The position numbers and the translations under genes are program-made. Positions 53,397 to 63,617 of a stretch of DNA of 64,000 nt are shown in pieces (position 1 is the first letter of the stretch; each line of letters starts with the position of its first letter). Below the pieces are notes generated by a model that made no database searches, was not told where the DNA came from, and saw nothing but the letters and a program-made list of their open reading frames with translations. Origin of the DNA: an uncultured Spirochaetota bacterium (GTDB lineage: Bacteria; Spirochaetota; Spirochaetia; SZUA-6; Fen-1364); assembly GCA_963820525.1 (NCBI GenBank), contig CAWGAA010000001.1, positions 2,144,001-2,208,000 of the forward strand, in the 5' to 3' direction.

Positions 53397-54851
53397 CTAG
53401 GGCCGATACTCCTGCTCGGCGTGGGCCCGGTCCTGGAGGGCCTGCACGAATCCGGACAGGATCCCGAACAGGAAGAAGAGCAGCTTGTTGATGTAGGCGA
53501 GGTTTCGGGTGAAGTCCAGCCCGAAGTCCACGACGAGGTATGCCAGGGTGAAACAGATCGCCGCATTGGCGAAGGCGACATGTATGCGGTTGGTGTCGTA
53601 CTTCCTCACCTGGAAGGCGTAGCGGAAGACCGTCACGAACAAAGCGATGAAGAAGAGGAATCCGATGATCCCCGTCTCCGAGAGGGCGGCCAGATACGCG
53701 TCATGCGGGGTGGGAACGCTGATCACGTTCTTGTAGAAGCTCACGTACCTGTCGAGGTCGCGCTCGTAGGCCTCCGCGTAGGCCCCGTATCCGACCCCGA
53801 TCAGCGGATGGTCCGCGAACATGACGAGCGCCGAGTGGTAGGTTGCCAGGCGAGCGTAGATGGTTTCCATCTTGTCGATCCTGTTCGTGAACAGCTTGCT
53901 GTCGCGGTTGAGCAGAAGCGGTGCCAGGGGGGCGATGAGCAGGATGACCAGGATCAACGCAATCACAACCGGCACGCTCTTCTTGATGTTGAGGCCCAGC
54001 ATCGCCAGGAAGGCAACCGCGAGGGCAATCCACACTCCCCGGGTCAGCGTGTTGAGCACGGCCCAGATCCCCAGGATCATGGCGCCCACCCTCATCCTGC
54101 GCCAGCCCTTGCCGTCCTGGAAGGTGCCCCCGACGCTCGCCGCGACGAGGATGAGGGTGTTCATCACGCCTCCCAGCTCCTCGGCATAGGCAAAGGGGCC
54201 GTTGACCCTCCCCTCGGCGAACTTGTCGTCCCCATTATCGACGATCAGGAGGTCCCGGTGGGTGAACCGCTCGCCCAGGGCGAGCAGCCCGAGAATGACG
54301 ATGTCGATGAGAAAGATGTGGTACACGGTGTGCAGGAACCACTCGTCGTGGGCATAGCGCTTGGCCATGAGGTACAGAACGTAGGGGATGAGCAGCGAAT
54401 CGATGAGGACGCGGATAGGGGTCTTCTTCATGAAGCAGAATGCGATGGATACGGCTCCCACGATGATCAGGAACAGGATCTTCCTGTCCAGCACATTGGT
54501 GATCCATTTGCGGCCCTTCGTCCAGGGATTGGAGAGCTCCGCCAGGAGGGCCAGGCCGGCGAGGAGCCTGTCGAAGGTCATGTCGGGCAGGGGGCCGAGC
54601 TTGGTGCCGAACCTGTTGGAGATGATGGGCCCCACGAGCAGGAAAACGAGGATCAGCCGCTTGGCGTCGATGGATTTTCGCAGGGTGGCAAACAAGAGGA
54701 TGGTCCACACTACGAGGTGGGTGAGCTTGAAGTCCACCCAGCTTCCGGCGAAGCACACGATGGCGGAGAAGACCGACAGGGCGATGAAGCGTCGGGAAGC
54801 CGCAAGGCCGGCGTTCCGCTCGCCAAGATCATAGGTGGCGACATCGCTCAC
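53397..54851 (-). CDS. O-antigen ligase / Wzy-type polymerase family membrane protein
   Basis: Multi-TM. RVNGPF, TLTRGVWIA, RLATY...HPLIGVGYG, TPHDAYL..LSETGIIG. Confidence 0.85.
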   Translation of the reverse strand: MSDVATYDLGERNAGLAASRRFIALSVFSAIVCFAGSWVDFKLTHLVVWTILLFATLRKSIDAKRLILVFLLVGPIISNRFGTKLGPLPDMTFDRLLAGLALLAELSNPWTKGRKWITNVLDRKILFLIIVGAVSIAFCFMKKTPIRVLIDSLLIPYVLYLMAKRYAHDEWFLHTVYHIFLIDIVILGLLALGERFTHRDLLIVDNGDDKFAEGRVNGPFAYAEELGGVMNTLILVAASVGGTFQDGKGWRRMRVGAMILGIWAVLNTLTRGVWIALAVAFLAMLGLNIKKSVPVVIALILVILLIAPLAPLLLNRDSKLFTNRIDKMETIYARLATYHSALVMFADHPLIGVGYGAYAEAYERDLDRYVSFYKNVISVPTPHDAYLAALSETGIIGFLFFIALFVTVFRYAFQVRKYDTNRIHVAFANAAICFTLAYLVVDFGLDFTRNLAYINKLLFFLFGILSGFVQALQDRAHAEQEYRP

Positions 54852-56143
54852 GCGCGGCCCTCCGAGCGCCCCGGTCCCATGGCGCTGATCCGCTTCAACG
54901 TCTTTCTATAGTAATAGAGGTGCAGGCAGAGGTTGAGACCGAGGGCGACCAGGGTGGCATAGGAGGCGCCGAGGGCCTTGTACCGCGGGATGAGAAGGAC
55001 GTTCAGCGAGAGGTTCACCACGGCCATGACGAAGGCGGTGTTCCGCAGATAGGAGCCCATGCCCCGGGCGCCCATGAACATGTTGAAGGGCTGGGCAATG
55101 CCGGAGAAGACTGCGGTGAGGGCGAGGGGAAGGATCAGGGGGATCACCTGATCGTACGCATGGCCGAAGAGGAGGTGCACGATGAACTTTCGAAGCGCGA
55201 TGAGCCCGACGGCGCATGCGGAAAGCCACAGGAGGTTCACCTGGATCACCGCGGCCGGAATCCTGTCGTTCTTGGCGAAGTCCTTGAACAGCGTGGTGGA
55301 GAGCGAGCGGGAGAACGTCGCCATCGGGAAGGTGAGGAGGTTGCCCAGGTTGTAGAACCCCACCGAAGCGGGGTCCGCGAAGGCGGAGATGAGCATGCTG
55401 TCCGTCTTGGCGCTGGCCGTGTTGGCGATATTGCCGAGGTAGGCGTTCCATCCGTACACCTTCACGTCCATCATGAGCCTGCGGGCCGCGCGGCCGATTC
55501 CGCTGAAAAGCGGCCTGGCCGTGAAGAGCAGGACGGCCGCGGCCGCGAGATTGGAGACGAGATTGATCGCCAGGGCCGCAGCAAAGCCATAAGTGCCGGC
55601 CAGGAGGAAGGCCACGATGAGAAGGAGATTGAGCCCCTTTGCGCCCACGCGGAAAATCGCCAGGGAGCCGATCCTGTTGTCTCCCCTGCACACGGCCTCG
55701 ACGAGCATCTGCAGCCCCATGAGGCCGAAAAGCACGCTGAACAACCTCAAGGCGGAACCGGTGTCGGACTTGAACACGGGAGCCATGAGGAAGCTCAGAC
55801 CGAACACGATGCCGCCCGCCAGCAGGGAAAGGAGGGCGCCGATCGCGATCAGCGCGCCGATCAGCTCGCGGCGCTCACGCTGCCGATACTCGTCGGCAGC
55901 CAGAACCCGGGCGCCGGATGAATAGAAGCCGAAGTCTATGAACAGCACCACGTAGTCCGCCACGGCCAGGGCAAAGGAAAAGCGGCCGTAGGAGGTCGGG
56001 TCAAGGCTCCGCGTATTGAGCACGTTGGTGAGGATCCCCCCTACGAGAAAGACGACCTGAGACAAGTAAAGGGAGGCGACCTGACGGATGGACCGCGAGC
56101 CTATGGCGCCGCGGATCGCCTTGACGCCAAAGCTGAAGCTCAT
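54848..56143 (-). CDS. wzx: Oligosaccharide flippase (MOP family)
   Basis: About 12 TMs. R.L.P..YG.F, DFGF, D.MLI.AF....VGFY, NVLLIPRY..LGAS.AT. Confidence 0.87.
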   Translation of the reverse strand: MSFSFGVKAIRGAIGSRSIRQVASLYLSQVVFLVGGILTNVLNTRSLDPTSYGRFSFALAVADYVVLFIDFGFYSSGARVLAADEYRQRERRELIGALIAIGALLSLLAGGIVFGLSFLMAPVFKSDTGSALRLFSVLFGLMGLQMLVEAVCRGDNRIGSLAIFRVGAKGLNLLLIVAFLLAGTYGFAAALAINLVSNLAAAAVLLFTARPLFSGIGRAARRLMMDVKVYGWNAYLGNIANTASAKTDSMLISAFADPASVGFYNLGNLLTFPMATFSRSLSTTLFKDFAKNDRIPAAVIQVNLLWLSACAVGLIALRKFIVHLLFGHAYDQVIPLILPLALTAVFSGIAQPFNMFMGARGMGSYLRNTAFVMAVVNLSLNVLLIPRYKALGASYATLVALGLNLCLHLYYYRKTLKRISAMGPGRSEGRA

Positions 56144-57243
56144 CCGGCCGGCCTCCCCCGCCCCGCCGGGGAGCGGATGAATGAAACAAGGAGGATGAGG
56201 AGGAGGATGGGCTCTTGGAGAAGGGAAAGGATCAAGCGCCCCGCCTGCCGCACACCGTAGGTTCCAAGCCGCCATGCCCAGGCGTTTCTGAACAGAAGGG
56301 CATAGGAGACGCTTGTTTCCAGTATCCAGGGGATGAAGGCGCTCCTGCTGCGCGCCAGCTCGCTCTTGAGCCGGCGGATCCTCTCCAGGCTCTTTTCGCG
56401 GGCGCGGCCCCCGAGGAGCTCCACGGCATCCCGCCGGTACGCGCTCACCGGAATCTCCTGGAAGCCGATGATGCCCGACGGCCCGACGGTGACCGAGAGG
56501 AGGAAACCATAGCGCCGGTCGCGAAGGGCGTGCGAGCTCGATCCCGGCATCTCATCCACGGAAAAGAAGAAATTGCCCAACGAGTAGCAGATCAGGGCGC
56601 CATCGTAGAGCTCGATCCCCTGGGAAACGTGGGGATGCTGTCCGATGACGAGATTCGCCCCGGCGTGAACGAGCGCCCGGGCCAAATGCCGCTGCCAGGG
56701 AGACGGCCGGCCGACGTACTCGTAGCCCCAATGGAGGGAGACGACGAGCAGGTCCACGCGGGAAGCGAGCCGCCTCACGTCCCGAAGGGCCGTGCGCTTC
56801 CTCAGGGAAGCGAGGGTGGAGGGGAAGCCGTAGTCGGCATATCCGAGGAATCCGATCCTCATCCCCTTGGCTTCGAGGATCACGGGTAGGCCGCCTTTTC
56901 CGTTTCGAAGCCCAAGGGGCTTCATGTCGCGCGCCTCGAGCTCTCTGATCGTCGAAAGGCATCCCTGCAAGCCCAGGTCGAACACATGGTTGTTGGAGAT
57001 ATTCACGACCTGAAAGCCATACTGGCGAAGATAGGAGGCGGCGTGGGGATCGGTCCACAGCACGTTCTTCTTCCGCGCTTCCGCCGACACGGGGCTCCCT
57101 TCTGCGATGCAGCCTTCCAGGTTTATGAAACGCACATCGGCAGCTTCCAGGAGCTTCCGCGCGGGGGCGAAGGGATCCGCCTCCGGCCTTCCCGCGGGAG
57201 GGAGGGCGTCGCCGGCAAACATCAATGTGAGGGTCTCAGCCAT
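56140..57243 (-). CDS. CapA family (PGA_cap) metallophosphoesterase-fold protein
   Basis: FAGD, NLEG, ISNNHVFDLG, SLHWGYEY, GQHPHVSQGIE, YSLGNF. Confidence 0.88.
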   Translation of the reverse strand: MAETLTLMFAGDALPPAGRPEADPFAPARKLLEAADVRFINLEGCIAEGSPVSAEARKKNVLWTDPHAASYLRQYGFQVVNISNNHVFDLGLQGCLSTIRELEARDMKPLGLRNGKGGLPVILEAKGMRIGFLGYADYGFPSTLASLRKRTALRDVRRLASRVDLLVVSLHWGYEYVGRPSPWQRHLARALVHAGANLVIGQHPHVSQGIELYDGALICYSLGNFFFSVDEMPGSSSHALRDRRYGFLLSVTVGPSGIIGFQEIPVSAYRRDAVELLGGRAREKSLERIRRLKSELARSRSAFIPWILETSVSYALLFRNAWAWRLGTYGVRQAGRLILSLLQEPILLLILLVSFIRSPAGRGRPAG

Positions 57244-58630
57244 GATTGATGTGCAGTTTCTGGTCCAGGAACGAGTGCTTCCCCCTGGCTCCGCGGGGAA
57301 TTTCACGAACATGGACGATTTCAACGTCGATGTCATCCCCCAGCTTCGCACCCAGGGCGTGGAGGAACTCCCGCTCGTCTTCCTGGGTATAGCTCGTCTT
57401 GGCAACGATCTTCAGGCGCACCCTTCCGGGCTCATCCTGGTAGAAGCGGAACTGGCCGATGTGGTCGAAGAGGTGCGAATGGATCGAAGCGACGCGGGTG
57501 AGCGGGACCTGCCTGCCCGTCCTGGTCACCAGCTGCTCCAGGGCGCGGCCGTCCAGCCGATCCAGGAGCGGGAAGGCGCGGCCGCACTTTTCGCATCCCG
57601 CCGGGCCTTTTACGGCATTGTCCGCCGTGCGGTAGCGGATGAAGGGGGTGGCGAAGCTCCAGAACGAGGTGCCGACGATCTCGCCGGTCTCGCCTTCCGC
57701 CACCTCGGCGCCGTCGGCTCCCACCAGCTCGGCGTACCCGTAGAACGGCACCACGTGGTACTTCTCGGATCCGAGGCACTGCACGGCGAGAACCACCTGT
57801 TCCGTCTGGCCGTAGAAGGAAAAGAGCCGCGCCCGGGGGAAGGCCTGGCGAATCCTTTCCTTCTGCCAGTCCAGGACATTCTCCGAGCCAAGTATGATGC
57901 TTCGAAAATCGAGCCTGCCCGCGTCCCCGTGCTCGATCACGAGATCCGAAAGGATAAGCGCCGAGGAGGGATATGCCCGGAGGTGCAGCGGTGAAAAACG
58001 CGTGACAAGGTCGCGGTAGCTCTGGTAGCTTTCGGAGTCGAGGAAATAGCTGGAAAGGAACAGGCTCCTCGACAGGCGGTCGAGCTTCCAGAACCGCTCT
58101 CGTGTTCCGTTGAATCCCCCCCGCAGCACCGCCACGAGATCTCTGTTCCTCCACCCCTGCTCTTCCATCGCCAGGTGAAGGAAGGCATCCTCCTTGGCGT
58201 CGTTGAGGGCGGTATGGAAGAAACCGAAGGGAATCCCGGTGGAGCCGCTGGTGCTCTCGTAGTGCATCGCCCGAGCGGGGATTGCCCGCGATACGAAATC
58301 CCTTTCGTTGTCGCGCAGAAGCTCCTTTGTCGTGAAGGGCAGGATCGCGAGGTCTTCCGGGCGGCGCACGTCCGCCGGCTTCACCCCGGCATCGTCCCAC
58401 AAGAGGCGGTAGCCGGGAACGCTCCGGTAGGCGAAGTCCAGAAGCTTGCCGAGCCTCTCCTGCTTCCAGCCGGCGATCCGCTCGCCGTCCCACCACTGGG
58501 CCGCTTTGAACTTCCGTTTGATCCGCCTGTATCTCATGCCCGCCCTGAAAGAGGGCGGCAGACGCCCGAAGAGGTCCCGGGCAAGGGATTTGGCCCTCGT
58601 GACGAGGCGCGGGGGGGAGTTTTCATCCAT
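57236..58630 (-). CDS. Phenylacetate-CoA ligase family (CapK-like) adenylate-forming enzyme
   Basis: LPFTTKE, TSGSTGIP, AYPSS, YGQTE, PFIRYRTAD, LDGR, RGK. Confidence 0.88.
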   Translation of the reverse strand: MDENSPPRLVTRAKSLARDLFGRLPPSFRAGMRYRRIKRKFKAAQWWDGERIAGWKQERLGKLLDFAYRSVPGYRLLWDDAGVKPADVRRPEDLAILPFTTKELLRDNERDFVSRAIPARAMHYESTSGSTGIPFGFFHTALNDAKEDAFLHLAMEEQGWRNRDLVAVLRGGFNGTRERFWKLDRLSRSLFLSSYFLDSESYQSYRDLVTRFSPLHLRAYPSSALILSDLVIEHGDAGRLDFRSIILGSENVLDWQKERIRQAFPRARLFSFYGQTEQVVLAVQCLGSEKYHVVPFYGYAELVGADGAEVAEGETGEIVGTSFWSFATPFIRYRTADNAVKGPAGCEKCGRAFPLLDRLDGRALEQLVTRTGRQVPLTRVASIHSHLFDHIGQFRFYQDEPGRVRLKIVAKTSYTQEDEREFLHALGAKLGDDIDVEIVHVREIPRGARGKHSFLDQKLHINHG

Positions 58631-58636
58631 TGACGA

Positions 58637-61354
58637 TCACCTTTGCTGATTCTCCAGATCGAGGATGAGCAGATGCCGTTCGCGGTCCTTCTCGCTCACG
58701 GTCATCCTCACCGTGAGCCTACCCGGCGCCACACGGGAGGCGCGCCACTTCGTCCGGCCGTCCGCGACGATGCGCGCCTCCCGGATGCGCAGGCGGTCGA
58801 ACGCCGGAACGACGAGAGAGACGGTGAGCCTCCGGGGCCTCTCCCGTATCAGGGCGCCCGCGAGGAAGCGCACGGCGAACGCCCTGCGGCAGGTCCCGGG
58901 AGAGGCGGTTTTGGAGAGGTCGGTTTCGCTCAGGAGGCCGATCGACTCGGGAGAATTGTAGTCCAGCCACGACGCGAGGGCTTCGCTCGCGCCGGCCGCG
59001 GCAAGCTTCGGCGCGCGCCGCGCAAGGGTCCGGAAATGTCTTTCCACCCTGCGCCATGCTCTCCCGCCCTCCGCGTCACCGATGCCCCCGATCGTGACCA
59101 CGTGCTCCATCTCCGTGATGATATGGCGGCCGCTCTTCACCCTCCCCTTGTTGAGGAGCGCGCGGTACGCCGTAAGCACGTGGCGCGGAGGATCCCGCGG
59201 CGAAACGGGATGCTTGCCCTGGGGCATGATGAGGGGAAGCATCTCCACGATCCCGCGTTCGCTCAAATCACGGGCACGCGCGTCAACGTCTCCGCCCCGG
59301 CTGAAATACACGGCGCGGTCCACCGGCGCCCCGAAGCCGAAAAGCCGGTCGTGGACGCTCCTTCCGCCCGTTGCGCTGGAGTCGGCCAGTATTCCGCTCT
59401 CGGCCAGGGCGAGGACCGATTTCTCCCTCTCCGCCAGGCTCTTGCCGAAGTCCCATTGGCCCGCCCGGAAGAGGATGGGAGACCAGTCGAAGCGGGCCGA
59501 CACCACCGCCTCCTCCAGGCTGCGCTTCGCCCACATGAGGCTCCCGCGGCGGCTGTCGATATCCCGTGCGGAACCGAGCCGGGGGACGACGTTGGCCCAC
59601 GAGTTCACCTGCCAGCCGGGGAAGTAGCGGTTCTTCTTCTGCAGATCGAAAACGACTGTGCGCGGATCGTGATTCATGGAGTAGCAGAAGAAGTACGAAT
59701 CGGGAACGGCGGAGAGGTGGAGGTGGAGCTGGATGTCATGGCCCCGCGCGAGGGACCCCGAATAGTGCCGGGCAAGCTCATCGGAGAGGGCCGCCCAGCT
59801 CGGGCTGGAGCGCGCCGCCCACTTCACCATTCCAAGCGCGGTGCCGACGTCCAGCATGTGCGTCCACGCGAACCCGAAACGCTCCGCGATCCGCTCGGCC
59901 CTCTCGCTCTTCGCGATGAGATCCAGGCGGGCCTCCTCCACGCGGAAGCGTCCATTTTCTCCGGCGCCCATGCGCTCCCTTCTGATCGCGACTTCCTGGT
60001 CCTCGGTGAGAACGAGGAAGACCCGGCCTTCCTCGGGGTCCTCGACATGGAAGAGGACCGCCGCATCCGCCCAGAGCCCCTCCCCAACCGCCACCAGGTT
60101 GACGGCCCACGGATTCCCCAGGTTCACCGAGCTGGCTCTTCGGGCCGTCACCTGGAAGGAGCACGATTTGGTCTCTCCCGCTCGAATCTTTCCCAAAAAG
60201 ATCCTCGAGGCTTCGGCTTCGATTCCCCCGCCGTACGGCTCGAGCACCGCGAGAACGACATTGCCGGCATCCGTCTCCGATTGCACTTTCACCGTCACCC
60301 TGCGCTTGCCACCGACGGCGAGGGTGAACGATTCGGTGTCGGTACGCACCATTATGAGAGGGCTTTTTACAAGCGCCCGGCGCGTCCCGGTCCTCCGCCA
60401 TGAAAGAAGCTCCTCGCGCAGGGCGAACGCCGCGGAATCGGCGCCGTTGTAATCGACGGCGCGGCTGAGGCTCCTCACCGCCGCGCGCAGCGAGCCGCGC
60501 CGGGCGTACAGGACTCCTTTTACGTGCCACGCCTCCGGGAAGCTGGGCTGGATGAGAATGGCCTTGTCGCAGCACCCGATGGCCTCGCCGATCCTGCCCA
60601 AATCATTCAAGACCAGCGCCTTCTGGAGACGAAACGCGGCAAATGCCGGGCGCTGCTTGACGGCTTCTTCGATGTCGGACAGCGCCTCCGCCGGGCGGCC
60701 GGCGAGCCGGAGGGCCTTGGCGCGCAGGGAAAGAAAGCGCCCGTCCGGGCAGGAGGGCGGGCTCGCTTCGGAGAGAGTCGCAAGCGCCTCCTCTCCTCTC
60801 CCCTGGGAAACGGCGATCTCCGAAAGCAGCATCGCCTCCTCAAGGCCCCGCGTGGACCCGGGTGCCTTGAGGCATGCAACGGCGCGGGAGGTCTGTCCCA
60901 TCGCCAAATAGGTTTCGACAAGCAGGAGCGAGTGTCGGCCGCGTGATTTCTTCTCCCTCCGCCGTATCAGGGCAACCAGCTTCTCCCGCTGCCTGTTGGT
61001 TTCCGCCACGCGGGCCATTGCCTCGTAGGCGGCGCCGCGATCCGTCAGAAACATGCATGCAAGGCAATGGAGGCGCCAGGCGAAAACCCTGCGCGCGCGG
61101 TTCTCTCTCACAACAGCCGCCGAATAGAAGAGCTTTCCCGCAAGGTCGAGCCCTCCCACGGCCGGTGAACAGAGGACCGGGGCGAGGCCCGCGAGCCAGC
61201 CATACGGGCCCAGGAGAAGCTCAGCCGCGACTCCAACGACAGCGCCGGCGAGGATGCTTTCCGCGAAACGAATGGCGCTGACGCTGAGTCCGCGCATGCC
61301 GAAGCTTCGAAAAGCCACTTTCGCGAAAGGCGGGATAAAAGCTTCGACGGGCAC
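58637..61354 (-). CDS. Multidomain protein: N-terminal hydrophobic segment, TPR repeats, Ig-like domain, deacetylase-like domain (start uncertain)
   Basis: TPR patterns (EAIGCCDKAILIQPSFPEAWHVKG). FLVLTEDQE, HDIQLHLH, FRAGQW. GTG start just after the upstream stop. Confidence 0.68.
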   Translation of the reverse strand: MPVEAFIPPFAKVAFRSFGMRGLSVSAIRFAESILAGAVVGVAAELLLGPYGWLAGLAPVLCSPAVGGLDLAGKLFYSAAVVRENRARRVFAWRLHCLACMFLTDRGAAYEAMARVAETNRQREKLVALIRRREKKSRGRHSLLLVETYLAMGQTSRAVACLKAPGSTRGLEEAMLLSEIAVSQGRGEEALATLSEASPPSCPDGRFLSLRAKALRLAGRPAEALSDIEEAVKQRPAFAAFRLQKALVLNDLGRIGEAIGCCDKAILIQPSFPEAWHVKGVLYARRGSLRAAVRSLSRAVDYNGADSAAFALREELLSWRRTGTRRALVKSPLIMVRTDTESFTLAVGGKRRVTVKVQSETDAGNVVLAVLEPYGGGIEAEASRIFLGKIRAGETKSCSFQVTARRASSVNLGNPWAVNLVAVGEGLWADAAVLFHVEDPEEGRVFLVLTEDQEVAIRRERMGAGENGRFRVEEARLDLIAKSERAERIAERFGFAWTHMLDVGTALGMVKWAARSSPSWAALSDELARHYSGSLARGHDIQLHLHLSAVPDSYFFCYSMNHDPRTVVFDLQKKNRYFPGWQVNSWANVVPRLGSARDIDSRRGSLMWAKRSLEEAVVSARFDWSPILFRAGQWDFGKSLAEREKSVLALAESGILADSSATGGRSVHDRLFGFGAPVDRAVYFSRGGDVDARARDLSERGIVEMLPLIMPQGKHPVSPRDPPRHVLTAYRALLNKGRVKSGRHIITEMEHVVTIGGIGDAEGGRAWRRVERHFRTLARRAPKLAAAGASEALASWLDYNSPESIGLLSETDLSKTASPGTCRRAFAVRFLAGALIRERPRRLTVSLVVPAFDRLRIREARIVADGRTKWRASRVAPGRLTVRMTVSEKDRERHLLILDLENQQR

Positions 61355-61356
61355 GA

Positions 61357-62502
61357 TTAGACGGCCGCCTGAACGGCCTTCCGCCGATCGCCACCCGCGG
61401 AGCCGAGGCGAGCCCGGCTTGCCGCGAGCGCCTGACGGTAGGTCTCCATGAGGTCCTCCGCGGCCTGAGAGGCCCTGCAGTGCCCCTGGACCCATTCGTG
61501 GTTGAACCGCGCCATCTCCGCTGTCCTCGCCTTGTCCGAAAGAAGGCTCTCAAGCAGGTCCGCCAGCTCTTCGGGGCTTCCGCCGTCGGCCGCATATCCC
61601 ATCGTCGCATCGGCGAAAAAGTCCTTGATCCCGCCCACGGGCCGCGTCACAACGGCGTGTCCGAAGCCCATTGCCTCCAAAAGCGATAAGGGCATCCCCT
61701 CGCTCACGGAAGGGAAACAGTAGATCGCGTGCGATTCCAGAACCTCTCTTTTGCGCTCGCCCCGCACGTAGCCAAGCATGCGCACCCTGCCGGAAAGCTC
61801 CCCGCGCGATGCGATCCGCTGCCTCACCGCCTCGGCCGCCGATCCGTCCCCCGCGATGTCCAGTCTCGCGTCGAAGCCTCTCTTCACGAGGATGCTCATC
61901 GCATCGAGGGTCTCGAAGATCCCCTTGCCCTCCTCCAGGCGCGACAGAAAGAGGATGGGAAGCGGGGGGCTCTCGAGGATGCGCCGGACCTTGCCTTCGA
62001 TTGAAAACCCGTCGAACATCTCGTCGCTTACCGCCGTCCTGGCGAGGCGAATCGGCGCCTTCACCCCCCACTGCCGGAGCTTTTCGGCGAACGCGGAGGC
62101 GAGAACGAGAATCGCGTCCGCCCTGCCGTAGGTGCTTCTGAAGAACCCCATCAGATGCGCATCGACGGTGCGCTCGAACGGCGCCCACCAGCCGTGGAAG
62201 AACACCACCACGGCGAGCTTCCGCCGCAGGGCCTGGCGGATGAAAAGGCCATCCCGCAGAAAGCTCTTCGGGTCCAGCGAGGGGTTGACGGCAAGCAGAT
62301 CCGCCGGCTCCCGCCTCAGGCGCACAGCGAGCTTGAGCTGATCCGAGATCGGGTGAAACGGCCCTAGAGACCTGTGCGTCCCCCCCATCTCCATTGGCGA
62401 AACCGTCACATCGTCGTCCGCCAGGTAGGGAAGAACGCCGCGATAGAGCCCCGCCACGCCTCCCGGATCGCCCAGGGCGGGAACCGTGAGAATTACCTTC
62501 AT
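61357..62502 (-). CDS. GT4 glycosyltransferase
   Basis: GGV, FFHG, LFLSRLEEGKG, FPSVSEGMPLSLLEAMG, TRPVGGI. Confidence 0.92.
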   Translation of the reverse strand: MKVILTVPALGDPGGVAGLYRGVLPYLADDDVTVSPMEMGGTHRSLGPFHPISDQLKLAVRLRREPADLLAVNPSLDPKSFLRDGLFIRQALRRKLAVVVFFHGWWAPFERTVDAHLMGFFRSTYGRADAILVLASAFAEKLRQWGVKAPIRLARTAVSDEMFDGFSIEGKVRRILESPPLPILFLSRLEEGKGIFETLDAMSILVKRGFDARLDIAGDGSAAEAVRQRIASRGELSGRVRMLGYVRGERKREVLESHAIYCFPSVSEGMPLSLLEAMGFGHAVVTRPVGGIKDFFADATMGYAADGGSPEELADLLESLLSDKARTAEMARFNHEWVQGHCRASQAAEDLMETYRQALAASRARLGSAGGDRRKAVQAAV

Positions 62503-63617
62503 ACCGCGAGGGGCACGCGGAGCGTTTCCGCGAGATTCGAGCAGATGGACTCCATGGCATCCTCCCCGAGCTCCGGGTACAGGGGCAGGGAGAGGAACTC
62601 GTCGGCGCACTGCTCCGAAACGGGGAAGCTTCCCCGCGGGTAGCGCGGGTCTGAAAAGACCTTCTGGAGGTGCAGGGGCACCGGGTAGTGTATTCCACAG
62701 GAGATTCCCCGGTCGTGGAGGGCGGAGAGGATGCGGTCCCTCTCCTTGACCCGCACGGCATAGAGGTGCCACACGTGCGCGGCATAGGGTGCTTCCCACG
62801 GGGTGATGACACCATCGACAGGGGCGAGGCGCCGGGAGTAGAGGGCCGCCTTTCCCCTTCGCAGGCCGTTCCATCGACCCAGATGCCGGAGCTTCACGCT
62901 CAAGACGGCGGCCTGAATTCCATCCATGCGCGAGTTCCAGCCCAGCATGTCGTGGAAGTATTTGCGCGACTGTCCGTGGTCGCGCATCATGCGGATCTTC
63001 TCCGCCAGCTCCCGGGAGTTTGTGGTGACGGCTCCGGCCTCGCCGTACGCCCCGAGGTTCTTGCCGGGATAGAAGCTGAAGGCCGCGGCGTCGCCCAGCG
63101 AGCCCGCCTTCCTGCCCCGGCACGCGGCGCCATGCGCCTGGCAGGCATCCTCGATCAGGGCGAGCCCATACGCGCCCGCGATGTCCGCGATGCGGTCCAT
63201 GTCGGCCATCTGGCCGAAGAGGTGCACGGGAATGATCGCCCTGGTCCGGGGCGTGACCGCGGCTCCGATCCGGGAAGGATCCATCGTGTAGGTTTGTTCG
63301 TCGATGTCGACAAAAACGGGGGTTGCACCGGCTAAGAGGATAGCTTCCGCGGTGGCGGCGAAGGTGGCGGGGACGGTGATCACCTCGTCCCCCGCACCGA
63401 TGCCCAGGGCGCGCAGGATCAACAGGAGCGCATCCGTCCCGCTTCCCACGCCGATCGCGTATCCGCAGCCGCAGAAGCGGGCAAACTCGTCTTCGAAGCG
63501 CTCCACGAACGGTCCGCCGGAAAACGTCGAGGATTCCAGGACGCGTTCCATGGCCTCATGGATCTCTTCCCTGATGGAAGCGTATTGAGCCTTCAGGTCC
63601 ACGAAAGGGGTTCTCAT
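62499..63617 (-). CDS. DegT/DnrJ/EryC1/StrS sugar aminotransferase (WbpE-like)
   Basis: [64 protein letters not shown]. Confidence 0.95.
   Translation of the reverse strand: MRTPFVDLKAQYASIREEIHEAMERVLESSTFSGGPFVERFEDEFARFCGCGYAIGVGSGTDALLLILRALGIGAGDEVITVPATFAATAEAILLAGATPVFVDIDEQTYTMDPSRIGAAVTPRTRAIIPVHLFGQMADMDRIADIAGAYGLALIEDACQAHGAACRGRKAGSLGDAAAFSFYPGKNLGAYGEAGAVTTNSRELAEKIRMMRDHGQSRKYFHDMLGWNSRMDGIQAAVLSVKLRHLGRWNGLRRGKAALYSRRLAPVDGVITPWEAPYAAHVWHLYAVRVKERDRILSALHDRGISCGIHYPVPLHLQKVFSDPRYPRGSFPVSEQCADEFLSLPLYPELGEDAMESICSNLAETLRVPLAV

Noticed and set aside
56140..57243. Poly-gamma-glutamate capsule system
   Set aside because: Only a CapA-fold gene is present. No capB/capC in the window.
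2109..60403. Numerous long antisense/alternative-frame ORFs (e.g. 3437-5026, 39894-41444, 53382-54911, 58643-60403)
   Set aside because: Shadows of real genes, expected in high-GC DNA. They have biased composition and no motifs.
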